NCBI GenBank assembly: GCA_964532515.1
Contig: CAZHKH010000001.1
Coordinates: 1 to 49,654 of the forward strand
From: an uncultured bacterium
GTDB taxonomy: Bacteria > Fidelibacterota > Marinisomatia > SCGC-AAA003-L08 > D37C17
Direction of reading: 5' to 3'
Length of the DNA stretch: 49,654 nucleotides
The position numbers were made by a program, and so were the translations under genes. Under the pieces are notes generated by a model, which saw nothing but the letters and a program-made list of their open reading frames with translations, was not told the origin of the DNA and searched no databases. Positions 1 through 8,368 of this stretch are shown here, in pieces. Each line of letters opens with the position of its first letter. Positions within the stretch are counted from its first letter, which is position 1.

Positions 1-913
1 CAATAATTACAACCAGCCCCATTCCAAGATTGAACGATCGTCTCATGTCATCGATTGGAACCTCGCCGTACTTTTGAATCATATTAAATATCTCTGGCCA
101 CTCCCACGTATCCCAGTTGACATCAATGTCCTGTCCTTCATTAATCACTCTGTGGGTATTTTCAACCATTCCTCCTCCAGTGATGTGGGATATGCCATGG
201 AGCCAGTCTTTCTCTAAAATCGCATCAAGTGCCGGGAGATATGATTTGTGAACCGATAGAAGCGACTGACCAAGGGTCATATCAAGCTCCTCAAAGTAGC
301 GATCCACATGATATCTTTCAAGAAGCACCTTCCTGGCAAGCGAGTAGCCATTCGTGTGAAGCCCTGTCGATGGAAGTCCAACCAGAAGATCACCCTTGCT
401 TGTCTTTCTCATCGGCATCATATACTTCTTATCGACTACCCCAATGATCGTTCCGCTGATATCATACTCCCCCTCCTGATAAAAATCTGGCATCTCGGCG
501 GTTTCGCCTCCAATGAGAACCGTTGAGTTCTCTTTGCATGCCACCGCCAAACCCTCTACCACCTGCTCAACAGTTTCAACCGAAAGCTTACCCGTAGCAA
601 AATAGTCAAGAAAGAACAGTGGGCGAGCTCCCACCGCCAGAATATCGTTTGTGCAATGATTAACCAGGCACTGACCTATTGTGTTGTGGGTATCTGAAAG
701 AAACGCAATCTTCAGTTTGGTTCCGACTCCATCGGAGCTTGAAACCAGCACCGGATTCTCATATCTATCCTTTGGGAATAGGTAGCACCCCCCAAATCCC
801 CCGATATCGGTTAATGTATTCTCATTAAATGTCCCTTTTACAAGGTCCTTGATCTTTACTACGGCCTTGTTGGCAAGATCAATATCAACACCGGCTTCTT
901 TGTAGGTGGTCAT
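1..913 (-). CDS. purM: Phosphoribosylformylglycinamidine cyclo-ligase (AIR synthetase); C-terminus cut by the window edge
   Basis: Absent from the ORF track because there is no stop in the window. My reverse-complement translation from ATG 913..911 stays open to base 1 (304 codons): MTTYKEAGVDIDLANKAV..DIGGFGG..SSSDGVGTKLKIA..NDILAVGARPLFFLDYFATGKL..LIGGETAEMPDFY..GLHTNGYSL..FNLGMGLVVII. This is the PurM pattern. GGAGAG lies 4 nt upstream and overlaps the TAG stop of the upstream gene. Confidence 0.9.
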   Translation of the reverse strand, partial: MTTYKEAGVDIDLANKAVVKIKDLVKGTFNENTLTDIGGFGGCYLFPKDRYENPVLVSSSDGVGTKLKIAFLSDTHNTIGQCLVNHCTNDILAVGARPLFFLDYFATGKLSVETVEQVVEGLAVACKENSTVLIGGETAEMPDFYQEGEYDISGTIIGVVDKKYMMPMRKTSKGDLLVGLPSTGLHTNGYSLARKVLLERYHVDRYFEELDMTLGQSLLSVHKSYLPALDAILEKDWLHGISHITGGGMVENTHRVINEGQDIDVNWDTWEWPEIFNMIQKYGEVPIDDMRRSFNLGMGLVVII

Positions 914-922
914 CTATCTCTC

Positions 923-2731
923 CTATTCACTTGATTCAGCGTACATCGCATCAATTACATCTTTAAAGTTCTCATTTACGACTTTTCTTTTGATCTTGAG
1001 TGATGGTGTTATCTCCCCTCTCTCAAGTTCAAATAATCGATTGCATACTGTGAACTTTTTAATTTTTTCATATTTCGGGAATGAGCCCATTCGACTCTCA
1101 ACCTCAGAGGTGAAAAGTTCAAGCGTATCTGAATGGCTCGCCATATCCTCCGCTGACAGCCCCTCGTGTCCTTTGGACTTCAAATAGCCCTCAAGTGCCT
1201 CGAAGTTAGGGGTAATCAGAGCTGAGATGTAGTTTCTCTTATCTCCAATCGCCACAACCTGCTCAATATACAAAGAGGTGATCAGCGCATTCTCAAGTGG
1301 AGCCGGAGCAATATTCTTTCCTCCAGAGGTTACAATCAGACTTTTCTTTCTATCTGTAATCTTTAAAAATCCATCCTCATCAAACTCTCCGATATCGCCG
1401 GTGCAGAACCATCCATCTGCATCAATGGACTCGCTGGTAGCCTGCTCGTTTTTGTAGTAGCCCTTCATTATATTTGGCCCCTTGGCAAGAATCTCTCCAT
1501 CTTCAGCAATCTTAATTTCGACATTAAAGAGAGGTCTTCCTACGGTTCCAAACTTGAGTTCGGTCTCTGTGTTGCTGGTAAGAACAGGACTGGTCTCTGT
1601 CAGGCCGTACCCTTCAAGAATTGTAATATTAAGGTAGCTAAAAAACTCTGCTACTTCCTTTGATAGCGGAGCGCCACCAGACACAAAGAATCTAATATTC
1701 CCACCCAATCTTCCCTTGACCTTTGAGTAAACAAGCTTGTTGGCCAGATTAAATTTCATTTTCATAAGCCCGCTTAGAGTAGACTTATCTCTTATATGAG
1801 CGGTCTGCTTTCCGACACCGTATGCCCATTTAAAGATTTTTCTTCGAAGCGATGGAGCTGTTTTAAGTCCATCATTAATTTTATTGTACATTTTCTCAAA
1901 TAGTCTTGGAACGCTGACCACAACCGATGGATTGGTCTCTCCAAGGTTCTCTGCAACAGTTTCTATGCTCTCGGCGTAGTAGACCGTACCACCCAACGCA
2001 AAAGAAGTAAAGTGTCCCCCCATTCGCTCAAGAACATGGCTTAGAGGTAAGAATGAAAGAAAAGAATGATTATCAGTAGGCTTCAGGTCTGCCATATTAA
2101 TTGTTGCTAATACGTTTGATATTAAATTTTTATGGGTAAGCATCACACCCTTTGGGTTTCCTGTGGTTCCGGAGGTGTAGATGATTGTAAAAAGGTCATC
2201 CTCTTTAATTTCACTTGATATCTCACTTAAAGAAAAAGAGTTCTGCTCTTCATATTTCTGCCCCATATCAAGAAAATCTATAAAGTTTGATGCTCCCTGA
2301 GTATCTCCATCCAGGCTGTCATCCATCACTATCACATGCTGGAGCTTCTCCAGGTTTCCCTTAATCTGGCTAATTTTATTAAATTGATCCTGATTCTCAA
2401 CAAAGATTGCCTTGGAGTCAGAGTTCTCTAGTATATACTCAATCTGAGCCGGAAGAAGCGTCGGATAAACGGTAACCGCTGCGGAACCGTTGCATATAAT
2501 TCCATAGTCTGCCATTGCCCATCGAGGGGAGTTGGTTGATAGAATCGCCACATTGTCTCTAAGCTCTATTCCTATAGATCGAAGTCCAGAGGCAATGTTT
2601 CGAACCGTGGCTCTAACATCGCTTCCCTTGATACCAATCCAATCATCATTTTTTTTGTAGTAGTAGAGAGATTTTGAAGAAAATTCATTTGTAGTATTGA
2701 GGAACATTTCAGATATAGTTTTATATTCCAT
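923..2731 (-). CDS. Long-chain-fatty-acid--CoA ligase (AMP-dependent acyl-CoA synthetase, FadD-like)
   Basis: 602-aa ORF. Carries the AMP-binding signature IIYTSGTTGNPKGVMLTH, then GYGLTETS, TGDIGEFDEDGFLKITDRKK and SGGKNIAP. Length and motif order match long-chain acyl-CoA synthetases. Confidence 0.85.
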   Translation of the reverse strand: MEYKTISEMFLNTTNEFSSKSLYYYKKNDDWIGIKGSDVRATVRNIASGLRSIGIELRDNVAILSTNSPRWAMADYGIICNGSAAVTVYPTLLPAQIEYILENSDSKAIFVENQDQFNKISQIKGNLEKLQHVIVMDDSLDGDTQGASNFIDFLDMGQKYEEQNSFSLSEISSEIKEDDLFTIIYTSGTTGNPKGVMLTHKNLISNVLATINMADLKPTDNHSFLSFLPLSHVLERMGGHFTSFALGGTVYYAESIETVAENLGETNPSVVVSVPRLFEKMYNKINDGLKTAPSLRRKIFKWAYGVGKQTAHIRDKSTLSGLMKMKFNLANKLVYSKVKGRLGGNIRFFVSGGAPLSKEVAEFFSYLNITILEGYGLTETSPVLTSNTETELKFGTVGRPLFNVEIKIAEDGEILAKGPNIMKGYYKNEQATSESIDADGWFCTGDIGEFDEDGFLKITDRKKSLIVTSGGKNIAPAPLENALITSLYIEQVVAIGDKRNYISALITPNFEALEGYLKSKGHEGLSAEDMASHSDTLELFTSEVESRMGSFPKYEKIKKFTVCNRLFELERGEITPSLKIKRKVVNENFKDVIDAMYAESSE

Positions 2732-2843
2732 GGCAACTCCTTGTTTGTTGGGTGAAATTCTTAGCTATAAAATAATATAAAAAAGGTATCTTATTTTATA
2801 AATTATTATATATTTATTGATTTATTTTTAATAGATATACAAA

Positions 2844-2927
2844 GCCGAGGTGGTGAAATTGGTAGACGCGCTGGATTCAAAATCCAGTTCTCTTCGGAGA
2901 GTGTGGGTTCGAGCCCCACCCTCGGTA
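2844..2927 (+). tRNA. tRNA-Leu (anticodon CAA), type II, CCA not encoded
   Basis: Cloverleaf read by eye. Acceptor GCCGAGG/CCTCGGT (G1-U72 wobble). D-arm GTG-AAATTGGTAGA-CGC. Anticodon stem CTGGA/TCCAG with loop TTCAAAA. Long variable arm TTCTCTTCGGAGAGT. T-arm GTGGG-TTCGAGC-CCCAC. Discriminator A. Total 84 nt. Confidence 0.85.
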
Positions 2928-4070
2928 CTAATGAAATTTTCCTTCTGTGATTGGAAAGTAAAGTAGTCGGCAATCTAGTTTTCCATTTTTTAGTACATGC
3001 TTTTGCTTTGTTCGCAGTCCAATTGACTTTGATAGCGTATTGTTCATTGAAAATATATACGCATCGTGGTTCTTGCAATTATTTTTAAATGTATCCCCTA
3101 GCGATCTATACAAGCCTCTTAGTGCCTCTTCTCTGCTCATTCGATGGCCATGCGGAGGGTTTGTAATAATGACTCCTCTATCGCTGGATGTTGCAAAGTC
3201 TTTAATATCCATTACCTGCATATCAATTCTTTCATCGAGTCCTAAAATCCCTAAACTTGATTTAATCAGGTCCAGGTTTTTCTCGGTATTATCTGAAGCG
3301 CAGATTTGAAGCTCTTTTGAGATGTCAATCTTAGAGTTGATACTATCTAGATGTTTTTTATACACCTCCTCATCAAACGTTCTCCATTTTTTAAAAGCAT
3401 AGGAACTTCTCTTGTATCTAGGAGGCATAGAAAGGCCAATCATAAGCGCCTCTATTGCTATTGTCCCAGAGCCACACATCGGATCATAAAATGCAGACTT
3501 TCCATCCCACGTAGATAGCATAACTAATCCGGCTGCCATACACGGATTGATAGCCGCTCTGTGCACGCGAGTTCTGTATCCCCGAATATAAAGAGGATCT
3601 CCACTTGTATTCAGGTAAAGTTTTATATGATTGTCTTTAATGTTTACAAAAATTTGATAGGTCGGATTCTCTTTATCTATCGATGGTCTTGATTGAGTAT
3701 CAGTTCTTATCCTGTCGACAATGGCATCTTTTATTTTAAGTGTAACAATATTAGAATTTTTAAATATAGATGAATTGACTCTTGTTCTGATTGAGAAAGT
3801 ATCATCTTTGGTAATGAGGTTTGACCATTTATATGATTTTATAAGCGTATAAAGCTGATTGATGCTGGTGCTTCTAATACTCATTACTTCCTGGAGTACA
3901 TGCATCCCCGTTCTTGATGATAGATTGATTTTATATATATCTGAAAAACTGCCTTCCAGATGGACTCCACCATGGTCTACCGTATTCTCTTTACCTAGGA
4001 TCAATGAGAGTTCTTCTGAGGTTACCTGCTCAAGACCTCTTGGGCAGGTAACAAATATTTTATTTCCCAT
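2928..4070 (-). CDS. THUMP-domain class I SAM-dependent RNA methyltransferase (RlmL/YpsC-like, UPF0020 family)
   Basis: Motifs YDPMCGSGTIAIEA (SAM motif I) and VIITNPPHGHRM (NPPY-type motif IV). The N-terminal half resembles a THUMP domain. I place the start at ATG 4070 (MGNKIFVTCPRGLEQV), not the track start at 4124, because homologues begin this way and the longer form overlaps the upstream gene by 65 nt. Confidence 0.8.
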   Translation of the reverse strand: MGNKIFVTCPRGLEQVTSEELSLILGKENTVDHGGVHLEGSFSDIYKINLSSRTGMHVLQEVMSIRSTSINQLYTLIKSYKWSNLITKDDTFSIRTRVNSSIFKNSNIVTLKIKDAIVDRIRTDTQSRPSIDKENPTYQIFVNIKDNHIKLYLNTSGDPLYIRGYRTRVHRAAINPCMAAGLVMLSTWDGKSAFYDPMCGSGTIAIEALMIGLSMPPRYKRSSYAFKKWRTFDEEVYKKHLDSINSKIDISKELQICASDNTEKNLDLIKSSLGILGLDERIDMQVMDIKDFATSSDRGVIITNPPHGHRMSREEALRGLYRSLGDTFKNNCKNHDAYIFSMNNTLSKSIGLRTKQKHVLKNGKLDCRLLYFPITEGKFH

Positions 4071-4473
4071 AGTCACTCTGAATGCTATCGTATACAGCAA
4101 CCGGCATCTGATTATCAAAATCATAGCAGACGGCTACCACGAGTCCAACGCAGACCGCTTTCTCCTGCTCATCAAAAACAACAGACTCTATGTCAAAGCT
4201 TGTTTTTCCAACTCTGGAGACTCTTTGTCCTATCACTAGGGAAGTTGGATGTTTCAGCTGGGCTATATAGTCAATCTTAAGTGATGCCATAATAATGGAT
4301 TTCCCTTTATTCGTTCCGGGAATCCCCCATCTTTTAAATAAGTCGACCCTAGCAGACTCGATATACGTAGCATACACCGCGTTATTGATATGTTGAAATG
4401 CATCGAGGTCTCTCCATCTGGTATCCAGATTAAAGGTAAACGGAAAATCACTGATTTTATAACTGTTTTTCAT
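4060..4473 (-). CDS. Acyl-CoA thioesterase, 4-hydroxybenzoyl-CoA thioesterase (YbgC-like hotdog) family
   Basis: 137 aa. TRWRDLDAFQHINNAVYATYIESARVDLF matches the 4HBT hotdog N-terminal pattern (catalytic Asp followed by H.NN..Y). Confidence 0.8.
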   Translation of the reverse strand: MKNSYKISDFPFTFNLDTRWRDLDAFQHINNAVYATYIESARVDLFKRWGIPGTNKGKSIIMASLKIDYIAQLKHPTSLVIGQRVSRVGKTSFDIESVVFDEQEKAVCVGLVVAVCYDFDNQMPVAVYDSIQSDYGK

Positions 4474-4502
4474 AGCTTGAAATTATCAAATAAATATTAA
4501 AA

Positions 4503-5666
4503 CTATAAGTACTTTGAGTATTCTTTAGTATAAAAACTGAATTTATCCTCTATATCCTCTCTTGAGATGCTGTACTCTGATGGATCAAAGGAATATTTAT
4601 TTTTAAAAAAACTAGAGGCTCTATTCTGCTCTCTACTACTATTAACTGGCATTTCTAGCTTATCTGAAAGATGATTCAGAAGCGCTTGCCTGTCATCAAT
4701 TAGCTGATTGAAACTGACATCTATAATCTCTTGTTTTATATTTTCTCTATCCAACATTGTTTTTTTTAGCATTCTTTCATATAACTCTGAAATAAAGCTA
4801 CCCACCTCTTTTTTATTGGTTCCACCAAAAAATAAATTCCAAACGCTCTCTATCATCGGACAGTATGAGGAAATCGAGTCAAATGGATTTCTGTGCACCC
4901 ATATAATCTTAGCTTTTGGAAAGGTATTTAGAAGATCAGGAAGAAACATCATGTGGTCAGGGCACTTGAGGGCTGTTTGCTTGTTTTTATTTGATTCCAT
5001 AATAAAGGTTTTATAGTGATTCAGTAGAGGCGTTGTATCTATAGTCTTCAAATAATCTTCAAGCTGTAAAAATTTTATCTGAATAACATAGTTGTAACAT
5101 AAAAATAAATGCCTTTGAAAGTGCCAGCACTCCTCGTAGGTATCCATGTTGACTCTATGCATAGATTGAATTGATGGAATCAGGTATCTGTATAAATAAA
5201 AACCAACCATAGATTTAAAGCGACGAATTTTTTTATCAATAAACGGATTCCTTGATACTTTTGATGGAGAGGAAAGCTGCCAGTATCTAAGTCCAGAGAA
5301 ATTGAAATTATTAATAATAAAATTGTGAAGGTTGGTAGTTCCGCTTCTTGGCAACCCAACGACAATAATAGGAGGGTGTGTATCCACCTTTATATTATTT
5401 GATTTTTGAAGAAATCTCACCCCCTCTGATAAAGATTGATGCGATAGTATAGAGTGAAGTCTCCTTCCTAAAGGAGAAAAAAGATCTCCATTTAAATGAT
5501 CAATATACTCAGATACGATACTATCAGCATCTATATCAGCTGGAAGATTGAGCTTTGTTATTTTTTTTGATAATTTCTTCGAAAATCTACTTTTGTTGAT
5601 TTTTGAAAATGGACTCAAGGCAAGAAATGCATTTAGTACGCTTAAATCTATTCGGGAGTATCTCAA
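4503..5666 (-). CDS. Sulfotransferase family protein
   Basis: 387 aa. IIVVGLPRSGTTNLHNF is the 5'-PSB PAPS-binding loop of sulfotransferases. TTG start at 5666, with no in-frame ATG before the PAPS loop. Confidence 0.75.
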   Translation of the reverse strand: MRYSRIDLSVLNAFLALSPFSKINKSRFSKKLSKKITKLNLPADIDADSIVSEYIDHLNGDLFSPLGRRLHSILSHQSLSEGVRFLQKSNNIKVDTHPPIIVVGLPRSGTTNLHNFIINNFNFSGLRYWQLSSPSKVSRNPFIDKKIRRFKSMVGFYLYRYLIPSIQSMHRVNMDTYEECWHFQRHLFLCYNYVIQIKFLQLEDYLKTIDTTPLLNHYKTFIMESNKNKQTALKCPDHMMFLPDLLNTFPKAKIIWVHRNPFDSISSYCPMIESVWNLFFGGTNKKEVGSFISELYERMLKKTMLDRENIKQEIIDVSFNQLIDDRQALLNHLSDKLEMPVNSSREQNRASSFFKNKYSFDPSEYSISREDIEDKFSFYTKEYSKYL

Positions 5667-5670
5667 TGCT

Positions 5671-6141
5671 CTATTTTGTTTTTACAGATAATGTGAGGAT
5701 GAATTTTGCTACAATTTCATCTGAGATACTGGGCACTGCAGCCGTTACGATCACAGGAAGATTTAAACGATCAGAAGATTGAAGGGAGCGCTCCACTAGA
5801 TCCTTTATTTCCTCTCCCATGTCGCAAGTAAAAACAACATTCCCCATGGATCTTTTGTAAAAATCTGCATGAAAATCTTTAAATATTAATGAAATCTTTT
5901 TTTTATGTTTTTGAAGATGATGAAAAGCGAAGTATCCAGATGTAATATCTGCTCCTATCGCAAGGGCACCAAGATACATTGATCCAAGATGGTTTTTAAC
6001 TTTTCTTTTTAACTTAATTTGAAATTGGACCTGATGATTATCCAAAAAGATAATCTTTGGTCTACAATAGAACAGCAGGGGGATTTTCCAGAAGGAAATA
6101 ATACGTAAATAAAAATTTAGTTTCTGTAGTTTTGTCAACAA
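5671..6141 (-). CDS. Hotdog-fold protein, DUF4442/PaaI-like thioesterase superfamily (tentative)
   Basis: 156 aa. KNHLGSMYLGALAIGADITSGYFAF resembles the N..G..HGGA...L.E motif region of PaaI/DUF4442 proteins. TTG start. The family call is from memory only. Confidence 0.5.
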   Translation of the reverse strand: MLTKLQKLNFYLRIISFWKIPLLFYCRPKIIFLDNHQVQFQIKLKRKVKNHLGSMYLGALAIGADITSGYFAFHHLQKHKKKISLIFKDFHADFYKRSMGNVVFTCDMGEEIKDLVERSLQSSDRLNLPVIVTAAVPSISDEIVAKFILTLSVKTK

Positions 6142-6188
6142 TGTTATAACTCATTAAATATAATAGCATAATCTATAACCTTAATAGT

Positions 6189-6551
6189 TTATGGCAAATA
6201 AGTTTGAACATTTAACATTTTTAATTCAGACTTTTTCTTGTCTTTATTTAAATCAACTTCTACAAAATCAATAACTTTGTGCGAGTTGATGTAGATATGT
6301 TCGCTTCCAAGGCCAAGTAAGCTATAAAAATAATCATCTGATTCAATATCATCTTCTGATATTATTACATTATGATAGTGCTCGGCTTTGCAATGCAATG
6401 GGCACGCATATGTTGATTTTTTTTCAACTTTTACGCTATATACATTCCCATTTACTGTCTCCAAATCATAGTACTTTGGACTTTGATGCTCTGATATTTT
6501 ACCAATACCAAAAGCAATTAAAATAGTAAGTAACATTTCTGGAATATTCAT
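6189..6551 (-). CDS. Hypothetical membrane-anchored protein (120 aa)
   Basis: I prefer ATG 6551 (MNIPEMLLTILIAFGIGKI, one N-terminal TM helix), preceded by TAGGGGGTTTATT. The track start at 6626 would overlap the upstream ORF by 65 nt. No recognisable family. Contains CPLHCKAEHYH. Confidence 0.5.
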   Translation of the reverse strand: MNIPEMLLTILIAFGIGKISEHQSPKYYDLETVNGNVYSVKVEKKSTYACPLHCKAEHYHNVIISEDDIESDDYFYSLLGLGSEHIYINSHKVIDFVEVDLNKDKKKSELKMLNVQTYLP

Positions 6552-6561
6552 AATAAACCCC

Positions 6562-6864
6562 CTAGCAATTAGCAAAATATTTATATGCATATAAATATTG
6601 CTGTGTTGACAAATAACAAAAATCACCTAAATAATGTGAAATTTTCTCACAATCTTTAAAGTCTTCATCGTGCATCAATCTAAATTCAATATATAGCTTT
6701 CCTTCACTCTGCCCGATCTTATTGAATTTATATTTCCCCATTCCGCATTTTGTTTGAATAACCATTAATGGTTTTTCTTTGCATAGAGCATTTAGATAGT
6801 TACTTGTAGAAACTTCAGTTTTGATTTTATCAAGGTTTATTTTTCTTAAGTTTTGACTATTCAT
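6562..6864 (-). CDS. Hypothetical Cys-containing protein (100 aa)
   Basis: Open frame with AAAGGAG 8 nt upstream of the ATG (GGCAACAAAAAAGGAGTAATAAAATG on the minus strand). Five Cys residues. No recognisable family. Confidence 0.5.
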   Translation of the reverse strand: MNSQNLRKINLDKIKTEVSTSNYLNALCKEKPLMVIQTKCGMGKYKFNKIGQSEGKLYIEFRLMHDEDFKDCEKISHYLGDFCYLSTQQYLYAYKYFANC

Positions 6865-7056
6865 TTTATTACTCCTTTTTTGTTGCCTGTAGAATATTAA
6901 TCATTAAAAAATCAATAAAATGTGATTAAGAACATTAAAATTTTGAGATGTGACCCAGGTCATATTTTTATATATAAGACTATTTATGTGACCTGTATCT
7001 ATTTGAAGTAAACTTGAGCTAACTAGATTTGAATAAAGAACTACAAAGGTAAAATT

Positions 7057-7266
7057 ATGTCTAAAGAAAAAGCAAATGACCTATCAAGCGTAGCATGGCT
7101 AAACTTAGTGCTGGGATTATACAATATATACTTATTCACTGTGGGACACCTACTATTTAATTTTATTATTGGATCTTTAAATATAGGTGTTTGGGTTTTC
7201 TTCAGGAAACCTGAAACCCTTATATCTTTAAGTGGAAATAATAGTAGAGAAAAGAAGAACAGTTAA
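7057..7266 (+). CDS. Hypothetical small two-TM membrane protein (69 aa); the only plus-strand CDS
   Basis: ATG preceded by AAAGGTAAAATT. Two hydrophobic helices (VAWLNLVLGLYNIYLFTV, FIIGSLNIGVWVFF). It fills what would otherwise be a 400-nt non-coding gap in a very compact genome. Confidence 0.45.
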   Translation: MSKEKANDLSSVAWLNLVLGLYNIYLFTVGHLLFNFIIGSLNIGVWVFFRKPETLISLSGNNSREKKNS

Positions 7267-8003
7267 GAGCTAGAATATTTTTTTAATGCTTTTTTTCTCT
7301 CTTCTGTATCTAATGTTTTAATGTACTCTCGAAACTCTATATTCAATGAAGATTTGATATCCAAATCAATTCCCTCATTTATAGATATTTTCGCAGCCTT
7401 AATCGCGCTTCTTGATGATAGATTGAAACTATTCATTAAATCTACTCCAGAGCTATTAATATCTGCTGATTCACACAATTCATCGATTAGCCCTATCTTC
7501 AAGGCCTCTTTGCTTTTGATGCTCTCTCCTGAATAAATCATTTTTTTTGCATTATGAGTGCTTATCAGACGTGGGAGCCATAGAGATTCTCACGAACCAG
7601 GAATAATCCGTAGCGTTGTCTCTGGTAATCCAAAAACAGCATCGTCTGTCGCAAACCTAAAATCACAGGCGAGCGCAAGTTCTAGGCCGCCCCCTAGGCA
7701 TGCTCCCTGAATCAGCGAAACTGTAGGGAAAGGTAGATTGTAGATACTGAAGAATAATGACTTTAGTGTGTAGACAGTGTTGATAGTCTCTTCATTTGAC
7801 ATTTTTGATCTTTCTTTAAGATCCGCCCCTGCGCAAAAATGTTTTAAGGATGTTGAGAATATAATTCCTCTCGAATCTTCTTTCTTTGATATTTCATCTA
7901 TTAACATAGACAGCTCTGATACAAATTCTAGAGAGAGCGCATTCACTGGCTTATTGGCCAGCATAATTATATATATATTATTTTGTTCTTTAAGTGTTAT
8001 CAT
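7263..8003 (-). pseudogene. Enoyl-CoA hydratase/isomerase family (AtuE/LiuC-like) interrupted by one in-frame TGA at 7590..7592
   Basis: Track ORFs 7590..8003 and 7263..7541 are in the same frame (741 nt = 247 codons). The joined reading is ..FCAGADL..CLGGGLELALACDF..FGLPETTLRIIPGS*ESLWLPRLISTHNAKKMIYSGESIKSKEALKIGLIDEL.., which is collinear with the crotonase pattern G.PE..LGIIPGAGGTQRLPRLIG. Confidence 0.7.
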
Positions 8004-8368
8004 TTTTTTCTCAAATATTCATCATTAAAACTATATAAATACTTTTGGAATGATTCTGGTACATCTAATTCTAACAATAACAATAATTGCCCGTGTGTCT
8101 TACCTTGGGCATCATGTAAAAGACTATCGCTTCCCCCACCCTCTAGGCTACCCTTAATTATAAAATTTAATGCCAATAAATTAGGTAACTTGTATCTTAC
8201 TACATCTTCTTTGGCGATTCCACGCAAATGCTCTTTTACTAGGTCTGATGTTATATTCTCTAGCGCCCAATCATATACCTCTTGATACTCAAAGACTACG
8301 CCAATGTTTGAGCTATCCCCCTTGTCTCCAGATCTTGTGCAGGCGATATCCATAAGTCTTATTTTCAT
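8000..8368 (-). CDS. AtuA C-terminal-domain-like protein (122 aa)
   Basis: DIACTRSGDKGDSSNIGVV..VVRYKLPNLLALNFIIKGSLEGGGSDSLLHDAQGKT resembles the C-terminal region of full-length AtuA proteins. TAATG overlap with the upstream DUF1446 ORF and ATGA overlap with the downstream hydratase. Confidence 0.6.
   Translation of the reverse strand: MKIRLMDIACTRSGDKGDSSNIGVVFEYQEVYDWALENITSDLVKEHLRGIAKEDVVRYKLPNLLALNFIIKGSLEGGGSDSLLHDAQGKTHGQLLLLLELDVPESFQKYLYSFNDEYLRKK

Noticed and set aside
229-526. Plus-strand track ORFs 229..447 and 308..526.
   Set aside because: They lie antisense within the clearly conserved purM frame. They are shadow ORFs.
2806-3078. Minus-strand 90-aa ORF spanning the tRNA-Leu(CAA) region.
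   Set aside because: It is an out-of-frame extension through the antisense of a tRNA and the 3' end of the methyltransferase gene. It has no independent support.
4263-4451. Nested minus-strand ORFs in alternative frames: this one, plus 5180..5365, 9021..9224, 43098..43280 and 49393..49632.
   Set aside because: Each lies wholly inside a longer ORF with clear family motifs and has no start-site context of its own.
7590-7592. The in-frame TGA aligning with Gly suggested genetic code 25 (UGA = Gly, SR1/Gracilibacteria).
   Set aside because: More than 50 other genes give full-length, homologue-sized proteins under the standard code with no internal TGA. TGA is used as a genuine terminator at several coupled junctions (trkA 23146..23148, trkH 21683..21685, lepB 47712..47714, the AtuA-C-like gene 8000..8002).
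7541-7640. Selenocysteine insertion at the crotonase TGA.
   Set aside because: The aligned consensus residue is Gly in a structural loop, not a redox Cys. Crotonases are not known selenoproteins. I see no convincing stem-loop immediately 3' of the codon.
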